From a virus, in the IMG/VR virus record IMGVR_UViG_3300032093_000049, positions 36,017 through 100,016 of that record: DNA of 64,000 nucleotides; one strand, 5' to 3'. Under the pieces are notes generated by a model, which had not been told where the DNA came from, searched no databases, and was given only the letters and a program-made list of their open reading frames with translations. This document shows positions 45,884 through 54,609 of the stretch, in pieces. Position numbers and translations under genes: made by a program. Numbering within the stretch: position 1 is the stretch's first letter; every line of letters starts with the position of its first letter.

Positions 45884-46208
45884 GTATGGTAAGGGTTATA
45901 TTACAAGAGTATTAAACTCTATACCAGAATCTAAACTAGAAAGAATAAAGTGTTGTGTTAGGATTGGGTATAAGCCAGCAACAATTGTCAGAGAGTTTAA
46001 TATACCGCATAATTGGGCAGAGATACTGCATGATAAGTATTGTTTACCTGACTATTCACCTCCTGCTGTAATAGGTCATAAGAATGAAGCTTATTATAGT
46101 GATGAAAAATTATCTATGCCGGTGTATAAACTTGAAGATTTGACTGGAGAAGAAAAGCTTATTGCAAAGAAGGACACATCAACAAAACTTTGGACATGGG
46201 AAGAATGA
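45843..46208 (+). CDS. Hypothetical protein, possible HTH
   Basis: ORF. Confidence 0.5.
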   Translation: MDIWTLKMPKVKTKYGKGYITRVLNSIPESKLERIKCCVRIGYKPATIVREFNIPHNWAEILHDKYCLPDYSPPAVIGHKNEAYYSDEKLSMPVYKLEDLTGEEKLIAKKDTSTKLWTWEE

Positions 46209-46405
46209 AAGATATTTACATGGAAGTAGTTCAAGAGAATGGGCTACTTCCAGAAAACTTTAGTTTAACTGAATACTTACGCAAAAAGGAAATAGAAAAT
46301 GCTGAATGGCAAGAACATCAAAAAAATCTGCAGTCCCAGAAGGAGAACAGTGTTGGAGAACCTGATCAGAATGGAGATTGTAAGCAAAGCAATGGTGAGA
46401 ACTAA
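46190..46405 (+). CDS. Hypothetical protein (start probably MGRMKD)
   Basis: ORF. Confidence 0.55.
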   Translation: MDMGRMKDIYMEVVQENGLLPENFSLTEYLRKKEIENAEWQEHQKNLQSQKENSVGEPDQNGDCKQSNGEN

Positions 46406-46431
46406 AGCAATTTGTATACAGAGAGTGAATA

Positions 46432-46629
46432 ATGAAAGAGGTGATTAACTTTTTCAAATACTTAGTGGTGTGGATAAGTCAAAACTTGTCCATACCATTT
46501 TGGATGGTGGGTCATATTCATTTATCCACTAATATCTATGAAGATATTTATGAAATCTTAGCTTCAATTGGAATGAATCTAATTGTTGCTGTAGGGTTTA
46601 TTATAGATTACTTAGATTCAAGAAAATAA
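46432..46629 (+). CDS. Small membrane protein (65 aa)
   Basis: Two hydrophobic segments. Confidence 0.6.
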   Translation: MKEVINFFKYLVVWISQNLSIPFWMVGHIHLSTNIYEDIYEILASIGMNLIVAVGFIIDYLDSRK

Positions 46630-46637
46630 AAACTTAA

Positions 46638-46785
46638 GCCTCCATAGCTGTTAGGGTCGCAACTGAAGCAGTGAGTGGTTCAGATAGAAATATGTAACAA
46701 GCATACTCTATGACGGTAGAGATTTGAAAAAAGATGCTGTAACCTAGAGTAATCTGATAGGTGGGTTCAATTCCCACTGGAGGCA
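46638..46785 (+). ncRNA. Oversized tRNA-like RNA (148 nt) with canonical acceptor stem and T-arm
   Basis: gcctcca/tggaggc 7-bp stem, TAGCT after it, gtggg-ttcaatt-cccac T-arm; central part ~70 nt longer than a tRNA. Confidence 0.7.
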
Positions 46786-46807
46786 CAAACTTTTAAAATC
46801 AAAGAAA

Positions 46808-46978
46808 ATGATTGTATTTCACATAATTGCAGTATTATCAGTAGTAATACTATTTATTTCATGTATAGTAATTGCATTTACTGAAAAGTATATACCAATA
46901 TGGATAAGAATTATTCTGCCATTGCTTACATTTCCTTTGGTTCTTGCAGTATTAGATTCAATTTATAGAAACCTTTAA
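46808..46978 (+). CDS. 56-aa two-TM protein, paralog 1 (not in ORF track)
   Basis: ...KYIPIWIRIILPLLTFPLVLAVLDSIYRNL. Confidence 0.7.
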   Translation: MIVFHIIAVLSVVILFISCIVIAFTEKYIPIWIRIILPLLTFPLVLAVLDSIYRNL

Positions 46979-46989
46979 ATTAGAGTAAG

Positions 46990-47523
46990 ATGAAAGCAAA
47001 ACTGATTAAAGAAAAAGACTACTATGACTTGTATAAAATTGATGAAGATGGTAAGAGAGTAACCTTTGCATCTACTGAAGATTACAAACAGAAACTATCC
47101 AAACAAAACTGTGATGAGATATTTGGAGTAGTTGATGTTGAGAAGTTGGCAGATTCAATTTTTGAAAAAGAATCTTCCAATATGCTTCACCCTCAACATC
47201 AAATGAGAAATACTTTCATATTAGGATTCAACAAAGCAATGGAGTTGAATAAAGACAAGGTGTTTAGTAAAGGAGATATGGCTTATATTATGAACATAAT
47301 GTCAATATATGAGCTTTCTTTTGAAGATGCTATTATCAAATTTCAATCCCTACAACAACCAACAGAAATTGAAGTTGAGATTGAGATGAAAAAAGTTGTT
47401 GATAAAACAAAAGTGATTGGTGCAGTAAAGGGAGTTAAGGGTAGTGGAGATAAGATTACAACTTATAAATCAGTGCCAAAACTTGACTCAGAAGGATGCC
47501 TTATATTAACTAAAAAGATTTGA
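46990..47523 (+). CDS. Hypothetical protein (177 aa)
   Basis: KLSKQNCDEIFGVVDVEKLA...PKLDSEGCLIL. Confidence 0.7.
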   Translation: MKAKLIKEKDYYDLYKIDEDGKRVTFASTEDYKQKLSKQNCDEIFGVVDVEKLADSIFEKESSNMLHPQHQMRNTFILGFNKAMELNKDKVFSKGDMAYIMNIMSIYELSFEDAIIKFQSLQQPTEIEVEIEMKKVVDKTKVIGAVKGVKGSGDKITTYKSVPKLDSEGCLILTKKI

Positions 47524-47524
47524 T

Positions 47525-47815
47525 ATGAAACAAGAAGAACATAAACAAGAGTTTGATAGGTCTAAATACATAGCTGGTATTGACCCTATTGTTGAAGAAA
47601 CACTTGAAGAAGGATATGAAAGAGTATATGACTCAATTGATTATACTGAATTTGATTTCACTTCTTTTAAATTAGGTGCTAAACGGCAAGCTGAAAGGAT
47701 GTACACTTATGATGAGATAAGAACTATTGCATACAATGCTTACTGTAAAGGTCAGTTAGATAATCCTACAGAAGGTGAGTTTAATCTTTGGATACAACAA
47801 TTTAAAAAGAAGTAG
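47525..47815 (+). CDS. Hypothetical protein (96 aa)
   Basis: ETLEE...GAKRQAERMY...QFKKK. Confidence 0.65.
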   Translation: MKQEEHKQEFDRSKYIAGIDPIVEETLEEGYERVYDSIDYTEFDFTSFKLGAKRQAERMYTYDEIRTIAYNAYCKGQLDNPTEGEFNLWIQQFKKK

Positions 47816-47957
47816 TATGGGATTTATATTAGGATTTGCAATAGGTGGATTTGTCATGTGGATTGGGTTTAAACAAAATTTAATTCAATGGAAAAAAGAC
47901 CTTGAAAAACTAAAAGACTTTGATACATGGAAAGAATGGAAAAACAGACAGCAGTAG
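47775..47957 (+). CDS. Small membrane protein (start probably MGFILG)
   Basis: TM segment plus DFDTWKEWKN. Confidence 0.55.
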   Translation: MSLIFGYNNLKRSSMGFILGFAIGGFVMWIGFKQNLIQWKKDLEKLKDFDTWKEWKNRQQ

Positions 47958-48133
47958 AATGGCTGGTTGAGCAATGTGGATTAAAACCTGACGGTAAATT
48001 AGTCATACAAGCCAAAGCAATGGAGAAAGAGCAGATGTTAGATTTTGGTGACTTTATTATTGATGAATTAGAACCTATGGCTCAGAATAGAGAATGGGTT
48101 GAGGAAAGATATAATTACTTTAAATCAGAATAA
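47927..48133 (+). CDS. Hypothetical protein ending FKSE
   Basis: KQTAVEWL...QAKAMEKEQ. Confidence 0.65.
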   Translation: MERMEKQTAVEWLVEQCGLKPDGKLVIQAKAMEKEQMLDFGDFIIDELEPMAQNREWVEERYNYFKSE

Positions 48134-48429
48134 GATGATTCACAAGAACAGCAATCGGGTGTTAGGCTATACTGATGATGCCACACAGTGTTTACACAAG
48201 GATCCTAATCAGGTGAGTGATTCATTTTTTTAAATCAGAATAAGATGTCAATAGTAATCATTAATGCCACATGCATATTTATTGCATTTATGGCCGCAGT
48301 AGTAATTGGTATAACTCAAAAGGATATACCATTGTGGATAAGGATAGCATTGCCTGTGTTTACATTTCCTCTTGTGTTAGCAGCAATAGATTTGATTATA
48401 CGTAATTACTTTTAAATCAGAATAAGATG
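48119..48429 (+). repeat. Three copies of junction repeat TTTAAATCAGAATAAGATG
   Basis: At 48119-48137, 48229-48247 and 48411-48429; each ends in the ATG of the next ORF. Confidence 0.9.
48245..48415 (+). CDS. 56-aa two-TM protein, paralog 2 (not in ORF track)
   Basis: ...KDIPLWIRIALPVFTFPLVLAAIDLIIRNYF. Confidence 0.7.
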   Translation: MSIVIINATCIFIAFMAAVVIGITQKDIPLWIRIALPVFTFPLVLAAIDLIIRNYF

Positions 48430-48594
48430 CCAGATATAAGTAAATGTGAAAATGAGGAATGTCCTCTAAAAGAAAAGTGTTATAGATACACAGCTACACC
48501 TTCTCCAGGATTACAATCCTATAGTTACTTTAAACCTGATGAGGAAGGTAAGTGTGATGCGTTTTGGGATAATAAAATGTATAAAGATGAATGA
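48427..48594 (+). CDS. 55-aa four-Cys protein (not in ORF track)
   Basis: MPDISKCENEECPLKEKCYRY...KCDAFW. Confidence 0.7.
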   Translation: MPDISKCENEECPLKEKCYRYTATPSPGLQSYSYFKPDEEGKCDAFWDNKMYKDE

Positions 48595-48682
48595 TTTTAA
48601 TGAGAAATGGTACACAATTGGTACTGTAGTAGGCATATTCGCGGGAATTGCAATTGGTTTTTTAATGTTTAATTGATTAGTT

Positions 48683-49099
48683 ATGAAAAAGTTAGTATTT
48701 GTTTTATTGACATTGGTTACATTTAATGTAACTGCACAGTTGGTTGTAAAAGAAGCAGCTAAAGACACTGTTATTTGGCAACTTAGTAAGTTAAACCCAG
48801 TACCTAAACTTGTAAGGTTTAAACTTGAAGATGTAGAAAGCTACACAATTTATTACAAGAATGCTCAGTATACAGCAATTACTGATATTGATTACATCAG
48901 CATCGGTGATTCAACAACTACTAGGCAGTTCTTTGAACTTTGCAAACAAGTAATAGCAGAAGATAAAGAGTATAATGTTGAATTAGACAATAAAGATATT
49001 AGTCTAAGAAAGACATTAGGAACTGTAATGATTTACACCAGTGGATCATACTTTTATTTGTCAGATAAGAACTTAACAGCAATACTTGAAAGACTATGA
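48683..49099 (+). CDS. Secreted protein with Sec signal peptide (138 aa)
   Basis: MKKLVFVLLTLVTFNVTA|Q, Bacteroidota-style cleavage before Gln. Confidence 0.7.
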   Translation: MKKLVFVLLTLVTFNVTAQLVVKEAAKDTVIWQLSKLNPVPKLVRFKLEDVESYTIYYKNAQYTAITDIDYISIGDSTTTRQFFELCKQVIAEDKEYNVELDNKDISLRKTLGTVMIYTSGSYFYLSDKNLTAILERL

Positions 49100-49302
49100 G
49101 AGTAGAGATTTTAATGAATGGTACAGTTAAGATTGTGCTTATTCCAGAGAATGATATTGAGACAGCTATTGTAAAGCAGGTTGCTGCCGGTGGTGTAGAT
49201 GCTACTATTATTACGCAACACACACAGATCTTGGATAAGGTTATACAAGATGGATTAGTTATATCACCTCAGAAGGGAGATGGCAGTAGTTTCAAAGGTT
49301 AA
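49096..49302 (+). CDS. Hypothetical protein (68 aa)
   Basis: ATGA overlap. Confidence 0.55.
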   Translation: MRVEILMNGTVKIVLIPENDIETAIVKQVAAGGVDATIITQHTQILDKVIQDGLVISPQKGDGSSFKG

Positions 49303-50149
49303 GAGAAAGTCAATGGTTATAAGACCCAGTGGCCGTAGTACGGACTTTATTAGTCCAAGCTTTGGCCACGGGTGTCTTTATAACTGTACTTATTGTTACA
49401 TGAAGAGACACAAACCGGAAGGATTAAGCATAGCAACTAATACTATGGATATCCTGACGGAGATTAATTCACATGCATACTTTGCAGATGTAGAGAAACC
49501 AAATCAGACGGGAGAGTATGTAACTTATGATATTTCTTGTAATGAAGACTTTGCTCTGCATGCTAAATATCATGAATGGGAAAAGATCTTTGCATTCTTT
49601 AGAGATCATCCACTTGCTATGGGTTCATTTGCTACTAAGTATGTAAATAAGGATTTACTTAAGTTTAATCCTGAAGGTAAAATCAGAATTAGATTTAGTC
49701 TTATGCCTGAACATTATAGAAGAATACTTGAACCAAATACTTCTTCTACGTTTGAAAGAATTGAAGCCCTTGATATGTTTATTGATGCTGGCTATGAAGT
49801 TCATCTTAATTTTAGTCCTGTCATTGTAAAAGCTTTTTGGTTAGAAAGTTACAGGGATTTGTTTGATGCAGTTAGTGCAAGAGCAAATGTTTTTGCCTGG
49901 GATACTAATGATGTCAAAGCTGAAGTAATCTTCTTAACACACAATGAACAGAAACATTTGTACAATCTAGAGCATAATCTACCAGGTGAGGAGCTATTAT
50001 GGAAACCAGAAATACAAGAGAGTAAAATATCTGAGTATGGTGGTAAGAATATCAGGTATAAACATGATCTAAAAGCTGAGTATATTAAACAGTTTACTGA
50101 GCTACATGACCAGATTATACCTTGGAACACAATAAGATATATTTTCTGA
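49280..50149 (+). CDS. Spore photoproduct lyase-like radical SAM protein (289 aa)
   Basis: GCLYNCTYCY CxxxCxxC motif, FATK, RIRFSL, VHLNFSPVI. Confidence 0.82.
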   Translation: MAVVSKVKRKSMVIRPSGRSTDFISPSFGHGCLYNCTYCYMKRHKPEGLSIATNTMDILTEINSHAYFADVEKPNQTGEYVTYDISCNEDFALHAKYHEWEKIFAFFRDHPLAMGSFATKYVNKDLLKFNPEGKIRIRFSLMPEHYRRILEPNTSSTFERIEALDMFIDAGYEVHLNFSPVIVKAFWLESYRDLFDAVSARANVFAWDTNDVKAEVIFLTHNEQKHLYNLEHNLPGEELLWKPEIQESKISEYGGKNIRYKHDLKAEYIKQFTELHDQIIPWNTIRYIF

Positions 50150-50150
50150 T

Positions 50151-50612
50151 ATGGCAATTAGTATAGGTGGTGATTGGGATATTGATAAAAAAATATCCAA
50201 AGCAACTCTAAGTAAAAGAAAGAGTTTGGTAAAGAAAATTATAGAAGAACACTTTGAAATGACCTTAGTTGATACAACCCCTGTTGGTAAGAATCTAAAT
50301 TACTTATGGTGGATGTATAGAAAAGGTACAAAGCAAGATCAATTTAAACCCTTCATTCTAATCTTTGAGATCAATTTATTAGTATCTTTAAATATACTCA
50401 AGGAAGATGAAGGGAAGAATATTGAATCTATGCTTGAGTCTCAGGATGAGGATAACTACTACATGGCTCTTCTTGTCATTGACAAACAACGTGAAGAAAG
50501 AATTAAACTTCACGGTAAATGGAATAAGACAGATGTATCAAAAGAGTTTGTAGATTTGGTAATGAATTATTCTGATAAAGTAGTAAAGAATTACCCAATT
50601 AATAAAAGATAA
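50151..50612 (+). CDS. Hypothetical protein with ML-x-S-x-D helical motif (153 aa)
   Basis: MLESQDEDNYYMAL. Confidence 0.6.
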   Translation: MAISIGGDWDIDKKISKATLSKRKSLVKKIIEEHFEMTLVDTTPVGKNLNYLWWMYRKGTKQDQFKPFILIFEINLLVSLNILKEDEGKNIESMLESQDEDNYYMALLVIDKQREERIKLHGKWNKTDVSKEFVDLVMNYSDKVVKNYPINKR

Positions 50613-50615
50613 ATC

Positions 50616-50873
50616 ATGAGAGAAGAAGAACTTATAGAAGAAGGATTTGAGAGAGTTGATGTTCTTGTAGAAGAGAGTGGTGATCAAAGTGATTACTATT
50701 ACTATACACTTAATCTTGAACCTGCTCTTGATTTGACATCTAATGCTAGTGATGAAGCCGGTGAAAAGAATTGGGTAGTTTACTGCTATGACTTGGAGAT
50801 ATGTATTAGAGATATAGAAGATATACAAACTCTAATTCTACTCTATAAGAAGTGGGCTAAGAATAAAATGTAA
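50616..50873 (+). CDS. Acidic hypothetical protein (85 aa)
   Basis: ELIEEGFE...YYYY. Confidence 0.6.
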   Translation: MREEELIEEGFERVDVLVEESGDQSDYYYYTLNLEPALDLTSNASDEAGEKNWVVYCYDLEICIRDIEDIQTLILLYKKWAKNKM

Positions 50874-50878
50874 TCCTT

Positions 50879-51265
50879 ATGTTTTCAGGAACTTTAGTGA
50901 AGAAAAACTCCAAGCTGGGTTATTCTAATAAGAAAGATATGCTCTTGTATAATCTCTTCTTAGAAAAGATACAGGAAGGAGAAGAAGTAGAAATATTTAT
51001 TTGTAAAAAAGGTAAGAAGGGTAGTGCTGCCCAGATTGCTAAGATACATGCAAGTATCAGAGAGCTTGCAGGTGAATTAGGTTTTAGCTTTGATGATATG
51101 AAACTTATTATCAAAGAGAAAGCCGGGCTTTGTTATGAGATATATGATGATGGCACAAAGAAAGCTATGTGCAAATCCTTTGGTGATTGTAGTACTATGG
51201 AGCTTACTCTTGCTATAGAAGCATTAAATGAGTTAGCTAGTAAGTACAATATTATTCTTGGGTAG
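50879..51265 (+). CDS. NinB/Orf-like recombination accessory protein (128 aa)
   Basis: SAAQ.AKIHA.IRELA.ELG...MK...K and KSFGDCS..EL pattern. Confidence 0.5.
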   Translation: MFSGTLVKKNSKLGYSNKKDMLLYNLFLEKIQEGEEVEIFICKKGKKGSAAQIAKIHASIRELAGELGFSFDDMKLIIKEKAGLCYEIYDDGTKKAMCKSFGDCSTMELTLAIEALNELASKYNIILG

Positions 51266-51566
51266 GTGCTACATAACCTTCATCACCAGGTTCAAGAATT
51301 TCTTTTTCATCATAAAGATTATTTTGCTGAGCTTGTCTCTCTATTTCTGCTAGTAAAAGTGTTGTAGTATAGAATGATCTTTCAAAGTCATTCATATCCT
51401 CATACTTACCAGTCATAATTTTCTTTAGAGATTCTTCTCTTTCAGAATCATCTTTGATTGTTTGAAAGAGATGGTAAGACAAAGCTTTTACCATTAAATA
51501 AAAGCTCTTGTTGACTTTAACTTCAACAAGTGCATCATTCTTAAGTTCTTTTACTTTAATTGCCAT
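51252..51566 (-). CDS. Counter-oriented hypothetical protein (likely start MAIKVK, 104 aa)
   Basis: Only ORF filling the gap; TATATTTG box at 51571-51578. Confidence 0.65.
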   Translation of the reverse strand: MAIKVKELKNDALVEVKVNKSFYLMVKALSYHLFQTIKDDSEREESLKKIMTGKYEDMNDFERSFYTTTLLLAEIERQAQQNNLYDEKEILEPGDEGYVAPTQE

Positions 51567-51584
51567 AACACAAATATAAAAATT

Positions 51585-52298
51585 ATGAGTTACAAACTTG
51601 ATATTGAAGAAATAAAAGACAAAATACATGCTAAGCTAGAACCATCAGGATGGGGAAGAGTACTAAGAACATTTATCTACAGTAAAGAATTTGAGACTAT
51701 TGTTAGTCAGTTAGTAAAGCAAACCCAAGATGGTAAAAGATTTACTCCTACTATGAAGAACTGGTTTAGAGCATTTGAAGAGTGTCCCTATGATCAGTTA
51801 AAAGTAGTTGTAGTAGGTCAGGATCCATACCCAGGGTTAGGTCATGCTGATGGGATAGCATTTAGTCTTAAAGACACTGATGATATGCAACCAAGTTTAG
51901 AGTATATGTTTGATGCAATAAACAGAACTGTTTACAACGGTGTAACTGCATGCAGAGATAAAAATCTAACAAGATGGGCTAACCAAGGTGTGTTGTTACT
52001 TAATACTGCTTTGACAACTAATGTAGGTAAGGTAGGTCAACATTATCTTATATGGAGACCTTTCTTAGCCTATGTGTTTGATTGGTTATCTTGGAATAAC
52101 CCAGGCCTTGTGTATATCTATATGGGTAAAAAAGCAGAAGAGTGGTCAGACTGTGTTAATGATAACAACTATAAGTTCAATGTAACACACCCTGCTTCAG
52201 CAAGTTACAACAACTTAAAAGAATGGGATTGTAAAAATGTTTTTCAACAGACATCTGAGATAGTAAAGAGAAACTATAAATTTGACATAGAATGGTAG
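51585..52298 (+). CDS. ung: Uracil-DNA glycosylase, family 1 (237 aa)
   Basis: KVVVVGQDPYP, GIAFS, QGVLLLN, HPAS. Confidence 0.93.
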   Translation: MSYKLDIEEIKDKIHAKLEPSGWGRVLRTFIYSKEFETIVSQLVKQTQDGKRFTPTMKNWFRAFEECPYDQLKVVVVGQDPYPGLGHADGIAFSLKDTDDMQPSLEYMFDAINRTVYNGVTACRDKNLTRWANQGVLLLNTALTTNVGKVGQHYLIWRPFLAYVFDWLSWNNPGLVYIYMGKKAEEWSDCVNDNNYKFNVTHPASASYNNLKEWDCKNVFQQTSEIVKRNYKFDIEW

Positions 52299-52885
52299 AT
52301 ATCTTTAACAAACTGCTTAAGAATGATCTTACTCCTAATCAACTTTATTTGTTGTGGTGTAAGAAGCATAACATGTGTCCTTTGTTTAATCTTAACCTGA
52401 CCGTAGAATATATGCGGTTAACTAATGATGGATGGTTGCTAGAAGATGGTAAATTATCTGGTAGAGCATTTGTCTTAGTACAGGAGTTAGAATCATTCTT
52501 CAAAAACAGTAAGAAGAAAACATCTTCTGCTATTATGGGTGAAGATTTTGACAAAAGAATTGATGAATATTTAGAAATTTTTCCTAAATTTAAACTTCCA
52601 TCTGGTAAATATGCTAGGACTGACAAGAAGAATTTAGAGAATAATTTTAGGTGGTTCTTTGAGAATCACAATTATGATTGGGAGACGGTGATTAATGCAA
52701 CAAAAATGTATGTAGATGAATATGAAAGGCAGGGATATAAGTACATGAGGACATCACAGTACTTTATCAGAAAACAAAACTCCGCAGAAAAATCATTTGA
52801 ATCTGAACTAGCAAACTATTGTGAAGTATATCAGAATGGTGGCGGGGATTACACAGAAACACATTTTAGTGAGAGAGTAGTATGA
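52292..52885 (+). CDS. Putative replication initiator/helicase-associated protein (197 aa)
   Basis: Upstream of the DnaB-like gene; IFP..KLPSGKYAR and YMRTSQYFI. Confidence 0.45.
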   Translation: MVDIFNKLLKNDLTPNQLYLLWCKKHNMCPLFNLNLTVEYMRLTNDGWLLEDGKLSGRAFVLVQELESFFKNSKKKTSSAIMGEDFDKRIDEYLEIFPKFKLPSGKYARTDKKNLENNFRWFFENHNYDWETVINATKMYVDEYERQGYKYMRTSQYFIRKQNSAEKSFESELANYCEVYQNGGGDYTETHFSERVV

Positions 52886-53067
52886 GAAGTTTTAGACTTC
52901 TCAGTATTGCTGTAATAGGAACAATCATTGGTTATACAGTTATTAACCTTGTTATTGTACCCCTGTCTATCTGGCAATATCTGGGAATAGAATTAGTAAT
53001 TACAGTGTTACATCTTCTCTATAACTACGCAAAGAGAGAAGAACAAACACAAGTAATAGATGAGTAA
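52882..53067 (+). CDS. Small membrane protein (61 aa)
   Basis: Two TM segments; overlap-coupled. Confidence 0.6.
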   Translation: MRSFRLLSIAVIGTIIGYTVINLVIVPLSIWQYLGIELVITVLHLLYNYAKREEQTQVIDE

Positions 53068-54067
53068 TGTAAACAAGACTCCAAAGAAAAGATGGAGTAG
53101 TCAGAGGGAGGGTTTTCAAGAGTCACTTAGATATCTGCAAGGTAGAATGCAGGGTAATATCAGAAGCCTCAAGACACCTTGGCCAAAGTTTAATGATGCT
53201 ATGACAGATGGTATTGAATGGAATACTATTACTGTTATTGGAGGAAGACCTGCAAGTGGTAAGACATTGATTGCTGAGCAAATTGTAAGGGAATCATTTG
53301 TTCTGAATCCAGGGGAAAATTTCAGAGTCTTGCAGTTTCAGTTTGAGATGCTTGCAAGAAGTTCTGCAATCAGGGAATACTCCAGTGTCATAGGTAGGTC
53401 ATATAAGTACTTATGTAGTGCTGATGGTAAGCTAAGTGATACTGATTTACAAAGATGTTATGATTATGCAAAGTCCAAAGTTAAATATCCCATAGATATA
53501 GTAGAGACACCTTGTACAATAGCTGAATTCAAGGAGATTATAGGGGAGTATATGATGGAACACGCAACGTATGATTCTACAGGCAATATGATTTTTCCAA
53601 AAGTGTTGATTACTATAGATCACTCTTTATTGTTTAAGAAAGCACCTTATGAGAAAGATAAGCATGATATGCTTAACAATCTTGGTGAGATGCTTACACA
53701 CCTCAAAAGAGTTTATCCTATAGCTTTTGTTGTGCTGAGTCAGCTCAATAGAAATATAGATAACCCTGAGAGAAATGAAGAGGGTAAATATGGTAATTAC
53801 ATACTTGAATCTGATTTATTTGGGGCAGATGCTCTGTTACAGCATGCTGATACTGTTATAGGTATCAATAGACCTGCTAAACAGAAGATTAGGTTTTATG
53901 GCCCTGATAGGTATGTGATTGAGGATGACCGGGTTTTAGTATTACACTTTCTAAAATGTAGAAATGGTGATACAAGACTAAGTTTCTTTAAAGCTGAATT
54001 TGAGAAAATGAAAATTGTAGAGATGATTACACCTCCTCAACAGGAGAAAAGACTAACAACTAAATAA
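53060..54067 (+). CDS. dnaB: DnaB-like replicative helicase (335 aa)
   Basis: GGRPASGKT, FEM, IDH, LSQLNR, QHAD, KCRNG. Confidence 0.9.
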   Translation: MSNVNKTPKKRWSSQREGFQESLRYLQGRMQGNIRSLKTPWPKFNDAMTDGIEWNTITVIGGRPASGKTLIAEQIVRESFVLNPGENFRVLQFQFEMLARSSAIREYSSVIGRSYKYLCSADGKLSDTDLQRCYDYAKSKVKYPIDIVETPCTIAEFKEIIGEYMMEHATYDSTGNMIFPKVLITIDHSLLFKKAPYEKDKHDMLNNLGEMLTHLKRVYPIAFVVLSQLNRNIDNPERNEEGKYGNYILESDLFGADALLQHADTVIGINRPAKQKIRFYGPDRYVIEDDRVLVLHFLKCRNGDTRLSFFKAEFEKMKIVEMITPPQQEKRLTTK

Positions 54068-54075
54068 TGTAAATT

Positions 54076-54606
54076 ATGAGTTTATCAACTAAAAGTACAA
54101 TCAACAGGTATGAGAAAACTGAAGAGCTGATTAAACACCATGAGTGGAAGTTTAATCTCATTCAGGAAGACAGTCCTTTGTTTATTCCCAAGTGTGCTTA
54201 TGTTCCTAAAGGAAAGAGTGAACAACATATTGGTTTCTTTCCAAGTGAGATCAAGAAAGGTAAGGACATTTACACGGAGTTTACAAGTATTGAACTTGAA
54301 CCTGAAGACCCAAACAGAACTCTTTACAAGTGGAGGCATAATCCTCACTATGAAGAAGAGTATGACAAAACTGAAGTGACCGCAACAGGTCAATTTAGGT
54401 ATTTGATTCCTGTATCAGAACTTGTTAAGATTGAGTTTGAACCACAGGATGCTACAGAGACAGGTGTGTTTCCTGACTTTGAAGAGATAATGGATCCAGA
54501 TTCTGATTCTCCTATCAGTCAATTGACTATTAGAGATCTTGCTGCAATCTTGTTAAAGAAACCAGTGAGTCAGAAAGCATGGTTAAATGAAATTATCAAA
54601 TCTTAA
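54076..54606 (+). CDS. Hypothetical replication-module protein (176 aa)
   Basis: ORF; TIRDLAAI. Confidence 0.65.
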   Translation: MSLSTKSTINRYEKTEELIKHHEWKFNLIQEDSPLFIPKCAYVPKGKSEQHIGFFPSEIKKGKDIYTEFTSIELEPEDPNRTLYKWRHNPHYEEEYDKTEVTATGQFRYLIPVSELVKIEFEPQDATETGVFPDFEEIMDPDSDSPISQLTIRDLAAILLKKPVSQKAWLNEIIKS

Positions 54607-54609
54607 GTT

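Noticed and set aside
46638-46785. Calling this a standard tRNA or tmRNA
   Set aside because: No 7-nt anticodon loop in register, and no convincing tag ORF or tmRNA-scale length; reported as tRNA-like ncRNA instead.
48165-48215. CTGATGA as a hammerhead ribozyme core
   Set aside because: No properly placed GAAA or stem II; it lies within a 32-codon ORF (48135..48233) of uncertain status.
48119-48429. 19-bp triple repeat as a CRISPR array
   Set aside because: Spacing is irregular (110 and 182 bp) and the intervals are ORFs.
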